Below are positions 18,608-27,819 of a stretch of 64,000 nt of DNA, one piece after another. Origin of the DNA: Candidatus Latescibacterota bacterium (GTDB lineage: Bacteria > Latescibacterota > UBA2968 > GCA-2709665); contig OZ220733.1 of the NCBI GenBank assembly GCA_965116875.1, positions 2,208,001 through 2,272,000 on the forward strand, in the 5' to 3' direction. Under the pieces are notes generated by a model that was not told the DNA's origin, made no database searches, and saw nothing but the letters and a program-made list of their open reading frames with translations. The number at the start of each line of letters is the position of its first letter. The stretch's first letter is position 1. A program made the translations under genes and the position numbers.

Positions 18608-20929
18608 TCATCTGCCGGCCACCCGCGCCACCCAGATGCTGAATTCGTAAAGCAGTACCAGCGGCAGCGCCATCATCAGCTGGGAGATTGGATCCGGCGG
18701 CGTGAGCAGCGCCGCCAGGACAAAGCCCACCACCACTGCATACCTCCTGCCGCGGCGCATCAGTTGCGCGGTCAGCAGGCCGATCCGGCTCAGGAAGAAC
18801 GCCGCCACCGGCAGTTCGAAAACGACACCGAAGGCAACCAGCAGCCTCAACACGAAACCGATGTAGAAGCCGATGTCGAACTGGGGTTCGACTCCGGTCC
18901 CTTCGCCGATCAGAATCAGGAATCGAAACGACAGCGGCACCACGCTCACGTAAGCGATAGCGCCCCCCAGAACAAAACAGATCGAGGATGAAAAGACGAT
19001 AAAAGATACGTACCGCCGCTCGGTTGTCAACAGACCCGGCGCAACGAAGATCCACAGTTGATACAGGAGAACCGGCAACGCCAGGACCGCACCGCCGACA
19101 AGGGCAATCTGAAGTTTGACGAGAAACATCCCCATCGGTTTCAGATAAATCAGCTTGACGGGCGGCTCAACGGGCGCCACCCCCAACAGCTTCATGACCG
19201 GGGTCGCCTCCCGGACCGGCAGCACGAGCCACCCGAGAATTTCGTCAGAAAATATCCCGCAGATTATTGCGCCGACAACAAGCGCCGCCAGCCCCTTCAG
19301 CAGGCGCCAGCGGAGTTCCTCCAGATGGTCCAGGAAGGGCATCGCGCTGTCGTCGGCGCCGGAAGACGGTTCCGGCGCGGGTTCCGCGGACGTGTCGGCG
19401 TCGGGGGGCAGAATGGAATGCTCTGCAACCACCGCGCGACGGCGGAAGGCCATCAATACCAGGACGGCGCCCAGGACCATGCAGATCTGCGCGAAAAGGT
19501 CTCCGTACCTCGTATAGAACGTCTTTGCGGTTCGCGGCGTGACTCCCTGCGTCAAAACTGCCGGATGGAAGATCCCCGTTGTCCCCGACTTCCGTCCCCA
19601 GGCGTCGATAAACGTGGAAACGCCCGTGTTCGCGCAGCGTACCACGGCCCGCCGGTTCTCGATGGCGCGAAACACCGCGGCCTCGGCATGCTGATAGGGT
19701 CCGGAGGTTCGGCCAAACCAGCCATCGTTGGTGATGATCACCAGGAATTCAGCGCCCCGGTCCACAAATGACCTGACGAACCCCGGAAAGACCGAATCGT
19801 AACAGATCAACGCGGAAAACCGGGCGTCGGGACCGTCGAAGACCGTACGGGTCTCTCCGGAGTCCCAGTTGCCCCCAACGAATCCGCCCCCGGTGAACCG
19901 GATTTTTCGCAGGAAAGGGAGTATTGCCGGGAACGGCGCCCGTTCGCCGAAGGGCACCAGGCGAGTCTTGTCGTAGTATCCGGAGATCCCTTTTCCGGGC
20001 ACGAACAGAAAAGAGGAGTTGAACACCTTCACCGGGTCGCCGGCTTCCAGTCTGTACGCGCCCGTGTAGAGGTAGATCCCGAGCGAGTCCACCATTGCCT
20101 GCACCCGCTCGCGGTGGCGCCGGTACAGTTCTCCCTCAAGATAGCCGACCGCTGTCTCGGGCCACACCACAAGCCGTGCCCCCTGGCCCGCGGCTTCCGC
20201 GGTCATTGGCTTCAGTTTGCCGAAATTGTAGTCAAATCCCCGGTATTCCTTGGCCACCGGCGGCATATCCGGCTGGACCAGGCCCACCGCCACGGCCTGT
20301 TCGTCCGGAACGTTCTTCAGCGCCAGGTACCCGTTCGCCGCCGGTCCCGCGAAAAGTACGGCCAATGCGGCTGCCCACACCCGGCGCCGCGCCCGGTTTC
20401 TCCAGAGCATCATGATGCTCAGATTGACAAGCACAATCCAGAACGATACCCCGTACACGCCCGTCACTTCCGCATACTGGATCAGCCACAGATAAGCGGT
20501 CTGCGAGTTTCCCAGCACCACCCAGGGAAACCCCATGTCGCCCAGAGAGTTGAAATACTCGAACCCCACCCAGAGGAACGGCGCGCTCCACGTCCCCGCA
20601 GTGCCGTACCGCCTGACGACGTGGGCGAACGTCCACAGGAACAGACCGCGGAACAGGGACATGTAAATCGCCGCCCCGGCCATGCCCGGCGGCGTGACTG
20701 ATCCGATCCAATAGAGTGTCGTTCCGTAGAAAAAGATCCCCTGGACGAACCCGGCGCCGAAGGCCGCCCGGCCGCGCAGCCGTTCCGCGGAGACCAGCAA
20801 CGGGACCAGCGCGACGTAAGACAGGAAGCCGAGAGGCAGCGGCGGAAACGCCGCGCCGAGGACAAGGCCCGAGACCGCCGGAAACAACGCCAACCATTTC
20901 CAGTCCATACCCTGTCGTGCCTCGGTCAT
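18608..20929 (-). CDS. lnt-tatC: Fused apolipoprotein N-acyltransferase Lnt (N-terminal) and twin-arginine translocase subunit TatC (C-terminal, from Met at 19342)
   Basis: Lnt triad motifs WPETA, YDKTRLVPFGE, LICYDS plus ITNDGWFG; then MPFLDHLEELRWRL, QLWIFVAPGL..TER, FELP, TPPDPISQ of TatC; no stop between them. Confidence 0.9.
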   Translation of the reverse strand: MTEARQGMDWKWLALFPAVSGLVLGAAFPPLPLGFLSYVALVPLLVSAERLRGRAAFGAGFVQGIFFYGTTLYWIGSVTPPGMAGAAIYMSLFRGLFLWTFAHVVRRYGTAGTWSAPFLWVGFEYFNSLGDMGFPWVVLGNSQTAYLWLIQYAEVTGVYGVSFWIVLVNLSIMMLWRNRARRRVWAAALAVLFAGPAANGYLALKNVPDEQAVAVGLVQPDMPPVAKEYRGFDYNFGKLKPMTAEAAGQGARLVVWPETAVGYLEGELYRRHRERVQAMVDSLGIYLYTGAYRLEAGDPVKVFNSSFLFVPGKGISGYYDKTRLVPFGERAPFPAILPFLRKIRFTGGGFVGGNWDSGETRTVFDGPDARFSALICYDSVFPGFVRSFVDRGAEFLVIITNDGWFGRTSGPYQHAEAAVFRAIENRRAVVRCANTGVSTFIDAWGRKSGTTGIFHPAVLTQGVTPRTAKTFYTRYGDLFAQICMVLGAVLVLMAFRRRAVVAEHSILPPDADTSAEPAPEPSSGADDSAMPFLDHLEELRWRLLKGLAALVVGAIICGIFSDEILGWLVLPVREATPVMKLLGVAPVEPPVKLIYLKPMGMFLVKLQIALVGGAVLALPVLLYQLWIFVAPGLLTTERRYVSFIVFSSSICFVLGGAIAYVSVVPLSFRFLILIGEGTGVEPQFDIGFYIGFVLRLLVAFGVVFELPVAAFFLSRIGLLTAQLMRRGRRYAVVVGFVLAALLTPPDPISQLMMALPLVLLYEFSIWVARVAGR

Positions 20930-21074
20930 CGTGCCGGTTCCTCCGAACCCGTCCGCCGGGATTTCACCTGCCCCGGCTTCACGATTCAGGTTGGACGAAA
21001 GAAAAACCGGTTGGACGCAAGCAGTGAGTCCCGCAAACCGGTCTGATTGAACCCCGCCCCATTATCAAAGACAG

Positions 21075-21156
21075 AATATACGCGAACGAACCCTGTTGTC
21101 AAACCAGTACCATTCACGCTCACCCGCTTGACAAGCCAGGGGGATTTCCATAATTT
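21075..21156. promoter_or_regulatory. Back-to-back divergent sigma70 promoters (lnt-tatC on minus, bioF on plus)
   Basis: Plus: TTGACA(21128)-N17-TAATTT; minus: TTGACA(21102)-N16-TATATT. Confidence 0.55.
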
Positions 21157-21206
21157 CCGTCCACCTTTCATCCCCGTTGCGCACGTAATTCATCGGTATC
21201 CTGACA

Positions 21207-22370
21207 GTGCTTCCCCATCTCGACACGGAGCTGGACAGTCTCAGATCCCGCGGGCTCCATCGCAGCCTCCGCCTCGTGGAGGGTGCGCAGGGTCCCAGGG
21301 TCCGAATCGACGGCAAAGAACGCCTCCTTTTCTGTTCCAACAACTACCTCGGGCTTGCAAACCACCCGGCGCTCAAGGACGGCGCGGACGCTGCCCTGCG
21401 TTCGTACGGATTGAGCGCGGCGGCCTCCCGGCTTATTTCCGGAAACATGGAACCCCACCGGATACTGGAACACCGGATGGCGCGTTTCCTGGGTACGGAA
21501 TCCGCACTCTGCTTTCCCACCGGGTACATGGCGAACCTCGGCGCCGTGAGCGCACTCATCGGCGCGGAAGACGCGATTTTCAGCGACCGTCTGAACCATC
21601 GCAGCATTATCGACGCGTGCCGGATCTCCCGGGCGAGGACCTTCGTCTATCGCCACCGGGACGTGGACCATCTGGACGGATTGCTCCGGACAGAACGCGA
21701 GTACCGGCGACGGCTGATCGTCAGCGACGGGTTGTTCAGCATGGACGGAGACCTTGCCCCCCTTCCCGGGCTCGTGGACGCCGCGAACCGGCACAACGCC
21801 ATCCTGATGGTGGATGACGCCCACGGAACCGGGGTCCTGGGCGCTTGCGGCCGTGGGATTCACGAACACTTCGGCATCACTCAGGGTGTCGACGTTCTGA
21901 CAACGTCCGGCAGCAAGGCCCTTGGCGCGTACGGAGGATTCGTCGCCGGGAACGCGGAACTCGTCGACCTGCTGATCAATCGCGCCGCGGCCTTCATCTA
22001 CACCTCGGCCCTGCCGCCCGACGCCTGCGCGGCCGCCACGGCCGCACTGGGGATTGTCGAAAACCGTCCGGATCTCCGTGAAGACCTCCGGCATAACGTC
22101 AAGACCGTACAGGATACCCTGAACAACTTGGGATTCGATACCATGGACTCCCAATCCCAGATTGTTCCGGTCCTTATCGGTGACGCGGCGCGTACCATGG
22201 CGATTTCGGACCATCTCTTCGAGGAGGGCATCTATCTCAGCGGCATCCGGCCGCCAACCGTTCCCGATGGCGAGAGCCGCCTCCGGCTCACGCTCATGGC
22301 CGACCACAGCGAGGAAGACATCAACCTCCTCATCCAGGCGATGGCAGATGTCCGTGCGGCCTTCTATTAA
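21207..22370 (+). CDS. bioF: 8-amino-7-oxononanoate synthase (AONS family)
   Basis: FCSNNYLGLA, ASRLISG, FPTGYMAN, SDRLNHRSIID, DGLFSMDGD, VDDAHG, SKA, IRPPTVP. Confidence 0.85.
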   Translation: MLPHLDTELDSLRSRGLHRSLRLVEGAQGPRVRIDGKERLLFCSNNYLGLANHPALKDGADAALRSYGLSAAASRLISGNMEPHRILEHRMARFLGTESALCFPTGYMANLGAVSALIGAEDAIFSDRLNHRSIIDACRISRARTFVYRHRDVDHLDGLLRTEREYRRRLIVSDGLFSMDGDLAPLPGLVDAANRHNAILMVDDAHGTGVLGACGRGIHEHFGITQGVDVLTTSGSKALGAYGGFVAGNAELVDLLINRAAAFIYTSALPPDACAAATAALGIVENRPDLREDLRHNVKTVQDTLNNLGFDTMDSQSQIVPVLIGDAARTMAISDHLFEEGIYLSGIRPPTVPDGESRLRLTLMADHSEEDINLLIQAMADVRAAFY

Positions 22371-23562
22371 TCTTCTCGCCTGCTTTTTCGCCCTGCACCT
22401 CGTTCCGGCGCCCGCGAACACGGCATCCCTGATCGGCACGGTACGGGACAGCGTGACGCGCGCGCCGTTGCCGTACGCCACGGTCGTTCTGCCGGAACTC
22501 GGACGGGGAGATCTCACCGACCTCTACGGACGCTTCGCGGTTTCAGATCTTCCGACGGGCCCCGTACGCATCCGGATCTCATATGTCGGCTATCGAACGG
22601 TGTCACGCGAGATTGCCTTACGTGAGGCCGCGGATCGAGGACCGGACATCCTGCTCCCCCCGACTCCGGTGACCCTCAAGTCCCACGTTGACATGCCGCG
22701 CCCATCTCTCGAGACCCTTCTGGAAAAAATCGGTCGGGAACCCCGTGAAAACGTCTTCCACGCGCGCTACGCGGACCTCCTGTCCTATCGATTCGCTTTG
22801 AACGGGATCCAGACCCTGTACGCCGACACCCGGGCAGGCACTCACGTCCTGGCGCGGATCGAATACGACGGTCGGGGATTTTATCGGAACCCCGGGAAGA
22901 TCGTCCAGGACATCACGGCGTACCGGTCGCGTCACGCGCCGGCGCAGCAATTCGGCATGCATCCCGGCGTCATCGTCAATATCCGCAGCGGACGACTCAA
23001 CGGCCGTGATTTCGACGTGGGTCCTCTGCCGCTGGAGACGGACGCCAGGAGGGATTACCGCTATCGTCTGGTCAGCACCGTGCAGATGGGAGACGTGGCG
23101 GTACACAAGATTCACGTTGAACCGAAGAAAAAAAGACGCCCCGGACTTGAGGGTGCGATCTGGATATCCGCGAACGACCTCTCGCTGGTGGGCTACGACC
23201 TGCGCCTGAACAAGAGGGTCCGGGGTACGCTCGGCGTCAGGGAACTGCGCACCTATCAGCAGAACGCGCTGTACTACGACCGATACTGGCTGCCGGTTCT
23301 GCAGACCGTGCGCATTACCACCGACTCGGGCGCCATGGCCGAACAGACCACGCGCATCGGCGGCTATGCCCTGAACCCCGCACTACACGACTCCCTCTTC
23401 AAGCGGGACGCTTTTTCGATGCGTCGAGACGCCACCCGGCGAGGCGCAGCCTATTGGGAAGCCCGCGCCGACAGCCTGGAGACCGCGAAGCGGCGGGCAG
23501 TGAAGATGCTGCTGGAAACCAATACCGTTCCCCAGGGGTGGAAACGCCTGTTGAGTCAATAG
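22348..23562 (+). CDS. Secreted protein with carboxypeptidase-regulatory-like N domain and DUF5686-like region
   Basis: Signal peptide, GTVRD..T..PLPYATV...TDLYGRF...ISYVGY; YRYRL...KIHVEPK...EGAIWI. Confidence 0.7.
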   Translation: MSVRPSINLLACFFALHLVPAPANTASLIGTVRDSVTRAPLPYATVVLPELGRGDLTDLYGRFAVSDLPTGPVRIRISYVGYRTVSREIALREAADRGPDILLPPTPVTLKSHVDMPRPSLETLLEKIGREPRENVFHARYADLLSYRFALNGIQTLYADTRAGTHVLARIEYDGRGFYRNPGKIVQDITAYRSRHAPAQQFGMHPGVIVNIRSGRLNGRDFDVGPLPLETDARRDYRYRLVSTVQMGDVAVHKIHVEPKKKRRPGLEGAIWISANDLSLVGYDLRLNKRVRGTLGVRELRTYQQNALYYDRYWLPVLQTVRITTDSGAMAEQTTRIGGYALNPALHDSLFKRDAFSMRRDATRRGAAYWEARADSLETAKRRAVKMLLETNTVPQGWKRLLSQ

Positions 23563-23585
23563 CGGACGGGCGAAAGGAGCAACAG

Positions 23586-24347
23586 ATGTTGCAAAAGACG
23601 ACCGCACCGGAATCGCTCAACCGTATCCGCGTTGTCCTGGCGGGCGCAAAGGAGCCCGGCAACATCGGGTCTGTGGCTCGCGCCATGAAGAACATGGGGC
23701 TCTCGAGGCTCTACCTCGTGGATCCGCCGGACCATACCTGCGGCGACGCTCGAAAGATGGCCCATGGCTCAGGCGACGTGCTCTACGGCGCCACCGTATG
23801 CGAATCGCTCGAAGAGGCCCTGTCGGGAACGGTACTCTCGGTGGGGACGACTCACCGGAAACGGGAGCACTTCGACGTCCTGTACGGCCCGCGGCACGCG
23901 GCGGAAAAGCTGGTCTCCCTGCCCCGTGACGAGGAAGCCGCCCTCGTTTTCGGCCGCGAGGAAAACGGCCTGACCAACAACGAACTGGGCCTTTGCAGCA
24001 TCATCGCCAATATCCCCACCGCACATAGATATCCCTCGCTGAACCTCTCTCAGGCCGTCCTCATCTTCGGATATGAACTCTACCGCGCGGCGGCGACGCC
24101 GGGCGAGCAACCGGAACTGGATCTGCCGACGTTTGAAGAGATGGAATCGCTCTACGCCCACGTCGACTCCGCGCTGGACAAGCTGGGCTTCCCCGCCGAC
24201 TACATGCCCAAGGCCTTCCCCCGGTCCATCCGCCGCCTCTTCGGCCGCACGTCCATGGATCGTCGGGACGTTGCCACGCTGCACAGAATCTTCCGCCAGA
24301 TCGACAAGTTCGTCGCCGTACATAAATCGAACGCGGAATCCGGATGA
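23586..24347 (+). CDS. trmJ: TrmJ/LasT family SPOUT RNA methyltransferase
   Basis: IRVVL...PGNIGSVARAMKNMG, ALVFGREENGLTN, YPSLNLSQAV. Confidence 0.85.
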   Translation: MLQKTTAPESLNRIRVVLAGAKEPGNIGSVARAMKNMGLSRLYLVDPPDHTCGDARKMAHGSGDVLYGATVCESLEEALSGTVLSVGTTHRKREHFDVLYGPRHAAEKLVSLPRDEEAALVFGREENGLTNNELGLCSIIANIPTAHRYPSLNLSQAVLIFGYELYRAAATPGEQPELDLPTFEEMESLYAHVDSALDKLGFPADYMPKAFPRSIRRLFGRTSMDRRDVATLHRIFRQIDKFVAVHKSNAESG

Positions 24348-24439
24348 TCCCGCGTCCCAATGCGTGCTCCCCATGTGCTCCGGATTCCCTTGGGCAACCG
24401 AATGCATGCTGCTCCGTTACGCAGTCGCCCGATTCTCCG

Positions 24440-24934
24440 CTATTTCCCCACCGCCCTGCTGCGCCGTTCCATCAGGACAACGTCCCGCCAGATTCCGTTC
24501 AGCTTCCCCAGTCGCTCCTGCCTGCCGACCTCCCGGAACCCGAACGCCTTCTGGAGCGCAATGCTGGCGGCGTTTTCAGGAAACACCCCGCCCTGAAGGG
24601 TCCAGATTCCTTCGCGCTCCGATGCGTCGACGAGTTCCGCCATGAGGGCCTTGCCCACCCCTCTTCCCCTGAAGCGGGATCCCACGTACACGCTGACTTC
24701 CGCGACGCCCGAGTGGACGCACCGGCTCGAGACCGGACTCAGAGCGGCCCAACCTGCAATCTCTCCCTCTACCCGTGCGACAATTCTGCATGCTTCCAGA
24801 TGGCTCCTGCCCCAGGCGTTCCAATCAGGGACTTCCGTGTCGAACGACGCGTGTCCCGTGGCGATGCCTTCCTCGAGAATCCGGCGCACCGCCTCCCAGT
24901 CTTCCGGAATCATTGGCATGACAATCGGTTCCAT
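24440..24934 (-). CDS. GNAT N-acetyltransferase (YncA/phosphinothricin acetyltransferase-like)
   Basis: GVAEVSVYV, RGRGVG, GIWTLQ..VFPENAASIAL, GIWRDV. Confidence 0.9.
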   Translation of the reverse strand: MEPIVMPMIPEDWEAVRRILEEGIATGHASFDTEVPDWNAWGRSHLEACRIVARVEGEIAGWAALSPVSSRCVHSGVAEVSVYVGSRFRGRGVGKALMAELVDASEREGIWTLQGGVFPENAASIALQKAFGFREVGRQERLGKLNGIWRDVVLMERRSRAVGK

Positions 24935-24959
24935 CGTCGGATTTCCCATCGCGTGAGAA

Positions 24960-25772
24960 TTAAAGAAGATCCGGAAGGTACCTGAAAAGATGCGTCTGCC
25001 ACTGCGACAGAGGGCTCCTGCCCGTCCGCCGGTAGAATGCCAGAGAATCCCGCGCATTCATGGCCTGGGAGCGTCGCAACGGATTGCAGAATTCGTATCC
25101 CAATCCTCCTTTGGTCTCTTCTCTCGCATACACCTTCAGGCAGTTCAGAAGGTCCGTTCGCCGGAGGTCGAAAGGAACGCACGCACTTCTGGCCAGGATT
25201 CCCTCGTGGAAAAACCCGGGGACGTCGCGTTCCAGCCGTGCAATCCTCCGTCTGCCGTATTGATATGAAATGCTCAGGAAGACCCGACCGCCGTCGCGCA
25301 GAAAGTCCCTGGCGCCCCGCAGGACGGTCCGTCTATATCCGAATCCGTCATCATCTTCGCTCGAGATCGGGTTGGCGATCAGGAAATCCGCGCGCCCCTT
25401 GAGCGATTCAAGAAAACGCCTGTCCCCATCCTCGAACGGCGAATATGAATCGGACTGCAGGAAAGCCGCCTTGTCTTCGACGCCGTTCAGTCTGGCGTTC
25501 CGCCTGGCGACGGATACGTTGATTTCGTCGATTTCCAGCCCGACAACGCGGGTTACCCCGGGTGTCCGTGCGGCCAGGATGGACAGGCAGCCGCCGCCGC
25601 TTCCCCAGTCGATGCCGATTCCTTCGAGCAGACGTCCATGGCCGGCGATCGCCTCAACGGAAATCATACTGGCCGGCGTGATGGGTGTCGTACCCGGTGG
25701 ATGCGTGAGCGTGATCTCGCCAAGCCCACCCGTGACCTCGTCTCCCAGCGTCGTCTCATTGCGCTTCGCCAT
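24960..25772 (-). CDS. Class I SAM-dependent methyltransferase (HemK/MTS-like)
   Basis: IDWGSGGG motif I, GLEID, ARRNARLNGV, LIANP. Confidence 0.75.
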   Translation of the reverse strand: MAKRNETTLGDEVTGGLGEITLTHPPGTTPITPASMISVEAIAGHGRLLEGIGIDWGSGGGCLSILAARTPGVTRVVGLEIDEINVSVARRNARLNGVEDKAAFLQSDSYSPFEDGDRRFLESLKGRADFLIANPISSEDDDGFGYRRTVLRGARDFLRDGGRVFLSISYQYGRRRIARLERDVPGFFHEGILARSACVPFDLRRTDLLNCLKVYAREETKGGLGYEFCNPLRRSQAMNARDSLAFYRRTGRSPLSQWQTHLFRYLPDLL

Positions 25773-25819
25773 CGATTCCATCCCCCATGTGAATTCATCC
25801 ATTTGCAGTCAGATTTCGC

Positions 25820-26212
25820 CTAACCCACGGTACCGTCGTCTCGGCGATGGATGCAGAGCAGGTTCCCCCACGGGTCCTTGATCCAGGCCATCCGGCAGCT
25901 TCCGCTATCGGCAGGCTCCATCACAATCCTGACGCCCTTCTCGCGGAGCTCGTCCACCGCCTCGTCCACGTCGTCCACCGCGAGCGCAATCCCGGCTCGT
26001 CCCGCCTCCTCGTCCCACCGCACCAGAGCGAGGCTGACGGGACGCGTATCGAACTCCGTCCACGTGTCCTGCCTTCCGTCCCCCTTGATCACCCCGTCGT
26101 TGATGAAATCCTGATCCAGCCCCAACACGTCCCGGTAGAAACGAACCGCTTCTCTCGTATCGGTCACGTGGGAAATTACGAAATCGATCGCTTTCACTTT
26201 CACGGATCGCAT
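25820..26212 (-). CDS. VOC/glyoxalase family protein
   Basis: VTD..EAVRFYRDVLGL, LAVDDVD, DPWGN; GGAGGAGG RBS. Confidence 0.88.
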   Translation of the reverse strand: MRSVKVKAIDFVISHVTDTREAVRFYRDVLGLDQDFINDGVIKGDGRQDTWTEFDTRPVSLALVRWDEEAGRAGIALAVDDVDEAVDELREKGVRIVMEPADSGSCRMAWIKDPWGNLLCIHRRDDGTVG

Positions 26213-26254
26213 CCTCCTCCCGAGGCATTGCATATCGCAGTACTCAGGCATTCC

Positions 26255-26737
26255 TCAACTGTTCCGTTTCTTTTCCATGATGATGACGTCACGTACGATC
26301 CCGCAGGGCAACCGTTCCGGAGACCGGCCTGCCTCGGTATATCCGTGGGCACGATAAAAGCAAGGCGCTGCAACGTTGTATTACGTATAACACAGCCGGG
26401 AGGTGTGATGTCCGGCGAGTAGAATCTCCTCCTCGGCCACCTGCAACAGCATACTCCCGATTCCGCGCATCTGGAAAGAGGGATGGACCCACAGATCGGC
26501 GACTTCGCAACCGTCGGCGCTCGTCAGACCCAGGATTCGTGTCCCCTGTTCCGCAACCGTGACCTCAGGCCAGATTTCCGGATACCGCGTCCGTTCGAAA
26601 TCATCCTCGAACCAATCGCGCACAGCCTCGATCGGCGCCAGTTCGCAGTTTCCCGAAAGCCAGGACCACTGCGCCAGATCGACGAGCGCCGGTACGTCCG
26701 CCTCAACCGCACGACGGGTTGTAATAGCCAGTCTCAT
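26255..26737 (-). pseudogene. GNAT acetyltransferase interrupted by in-frame TAA (26381-26383)
   Basis: LWVHPSFQMRGIG motif A, then stop, then in-frame YNVAAPCFYRAHGY...IMEK (GNAT motif B) to TGA at 26255. Confidence 0.75.
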
Positions 26738-26879
26738 TTCGTTTATTTCGAGAGGGATGGCAAACAGAAAACTTCCACACCGATGCCATACGCCACATGT
26801 CAAAGGCGGCGTTCGCACCCTGACACGATAACAGTTATCACTGCAATCTTCGTCTCAATACAAGACAACAAGAAAAGGA

Positions 26880-27137
26880 TCAGGCTCCGCGGCAGGAAGT
26901 AGGTGCATCGTCGAAGAGGCGTGCTTTAGCGGCCTCGAGCACAGCTACTGCCGCTTCTCGGGAAACGGAGGGAAAGTCATCCAGAAAGTCATTGAGGGAA
27001 GAAGTTCCCTTCAGATAGCCAAATAAGTTCTGAACCGGAACCCGCGTACCGGCGAAAACGAGATCTCCGCTGTGAATTTCAGGATCACGTGAAACGACTT
27101 TCTGTAGGTCTATCGTGTTTCGTTCTCGATCCGCCAT
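26880..27137 (-). CDS. DUF433 family antitoxin-like protein
   Basis: DPEIHSG..VFAGTRVPV..LF.YL.G..L..FL.DFP.V. Confidence 0.88.
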   Translation of the reverse strand: MADRERNTIDLQKVVSRDPEIHSGDLVFAGTRVPVQNLFGYLKGTSSLNDFLDDFPSVSREAAVAVLEAAKARLFDDAPTSCRGA

Positions 27138-27370
27138 TGCGAAATCTCCGGTTTTAGTCGACTTGATTGCCTGACGTCTAAATTACCCTGAAAATCACCG
27201 CTGTCCAAGAACCGTGGAATTCCTGGAGACGAGGATCGAAAAGTGGATTCGATTGGCGATTATGCACGGGGATGATCCCATGCTGCAGTAGATCCTTCGT
27301 CGGCCTGCTCTGCATGGCAGTGTGCTTTTACGTGTAACGGACGTGTTTCGCCGACGTCGTACGCAGGTCA

Positions 27371-27529
27371 CTTCGACCCTTCGACAATCCTTCGGCAGGC
27401 TTGCTTCGACAGGCTCAGCACAAGCAGGGCAAGTCCTCTTGATGGCAGTTTTGGCGAAGGCGTGGGCTAAACGTTTCACCAGTGGCTATTGCAAAACATG
27501 TCATTCTGAGCGGAGTCGAAGAATCTCCC
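27371..27529. repeat. Cluster of CTTCGAC(N3-4)CTCAG REP-like units in both orientations
   Basis: CTTCGACCCTTCGACAATCCTTCGGCAGGCTTGCTTCGACAGGCTCAGCACAAGCAGGGCAAG and inverted TGTCATTCTGAGCGGAGTCGAAGAATCT. Confidence 0.6.
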
Positions 27530-27819
27530 GTATTCTCGATTGGACGTGTCGCACATGCCCGTTGAAGACGAACCTGTGCGCGGACGTCTGGCCAGCCTTT
27601 CGACCTCCTCTGCATACCATTCGGGCTAACGTGTGAAGGATACATTTCGCTGATGGCCGTGGACGATTTTCCATCCGTACATTTCGCGCATTTTCGCGAC
27701 TTTCGTAGTGAATCAAACCCGTTCTTGGACAGGTGTGCCTGAAAATGTACGTTCGTCGAATCAAGATTCAAGGGTCCAGGAAAGCTATCCGAGAGGAATT
27801 CCGTTCTCCACTCGAAACA

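Noticed and set aside
21096-21134. BirA operator upstream of bioF (TTGTCAA-N25-TTGACAA)
   Set aside because: Spacer is much longer than known BirA sites; better explained as two divergent -35 hexamers.
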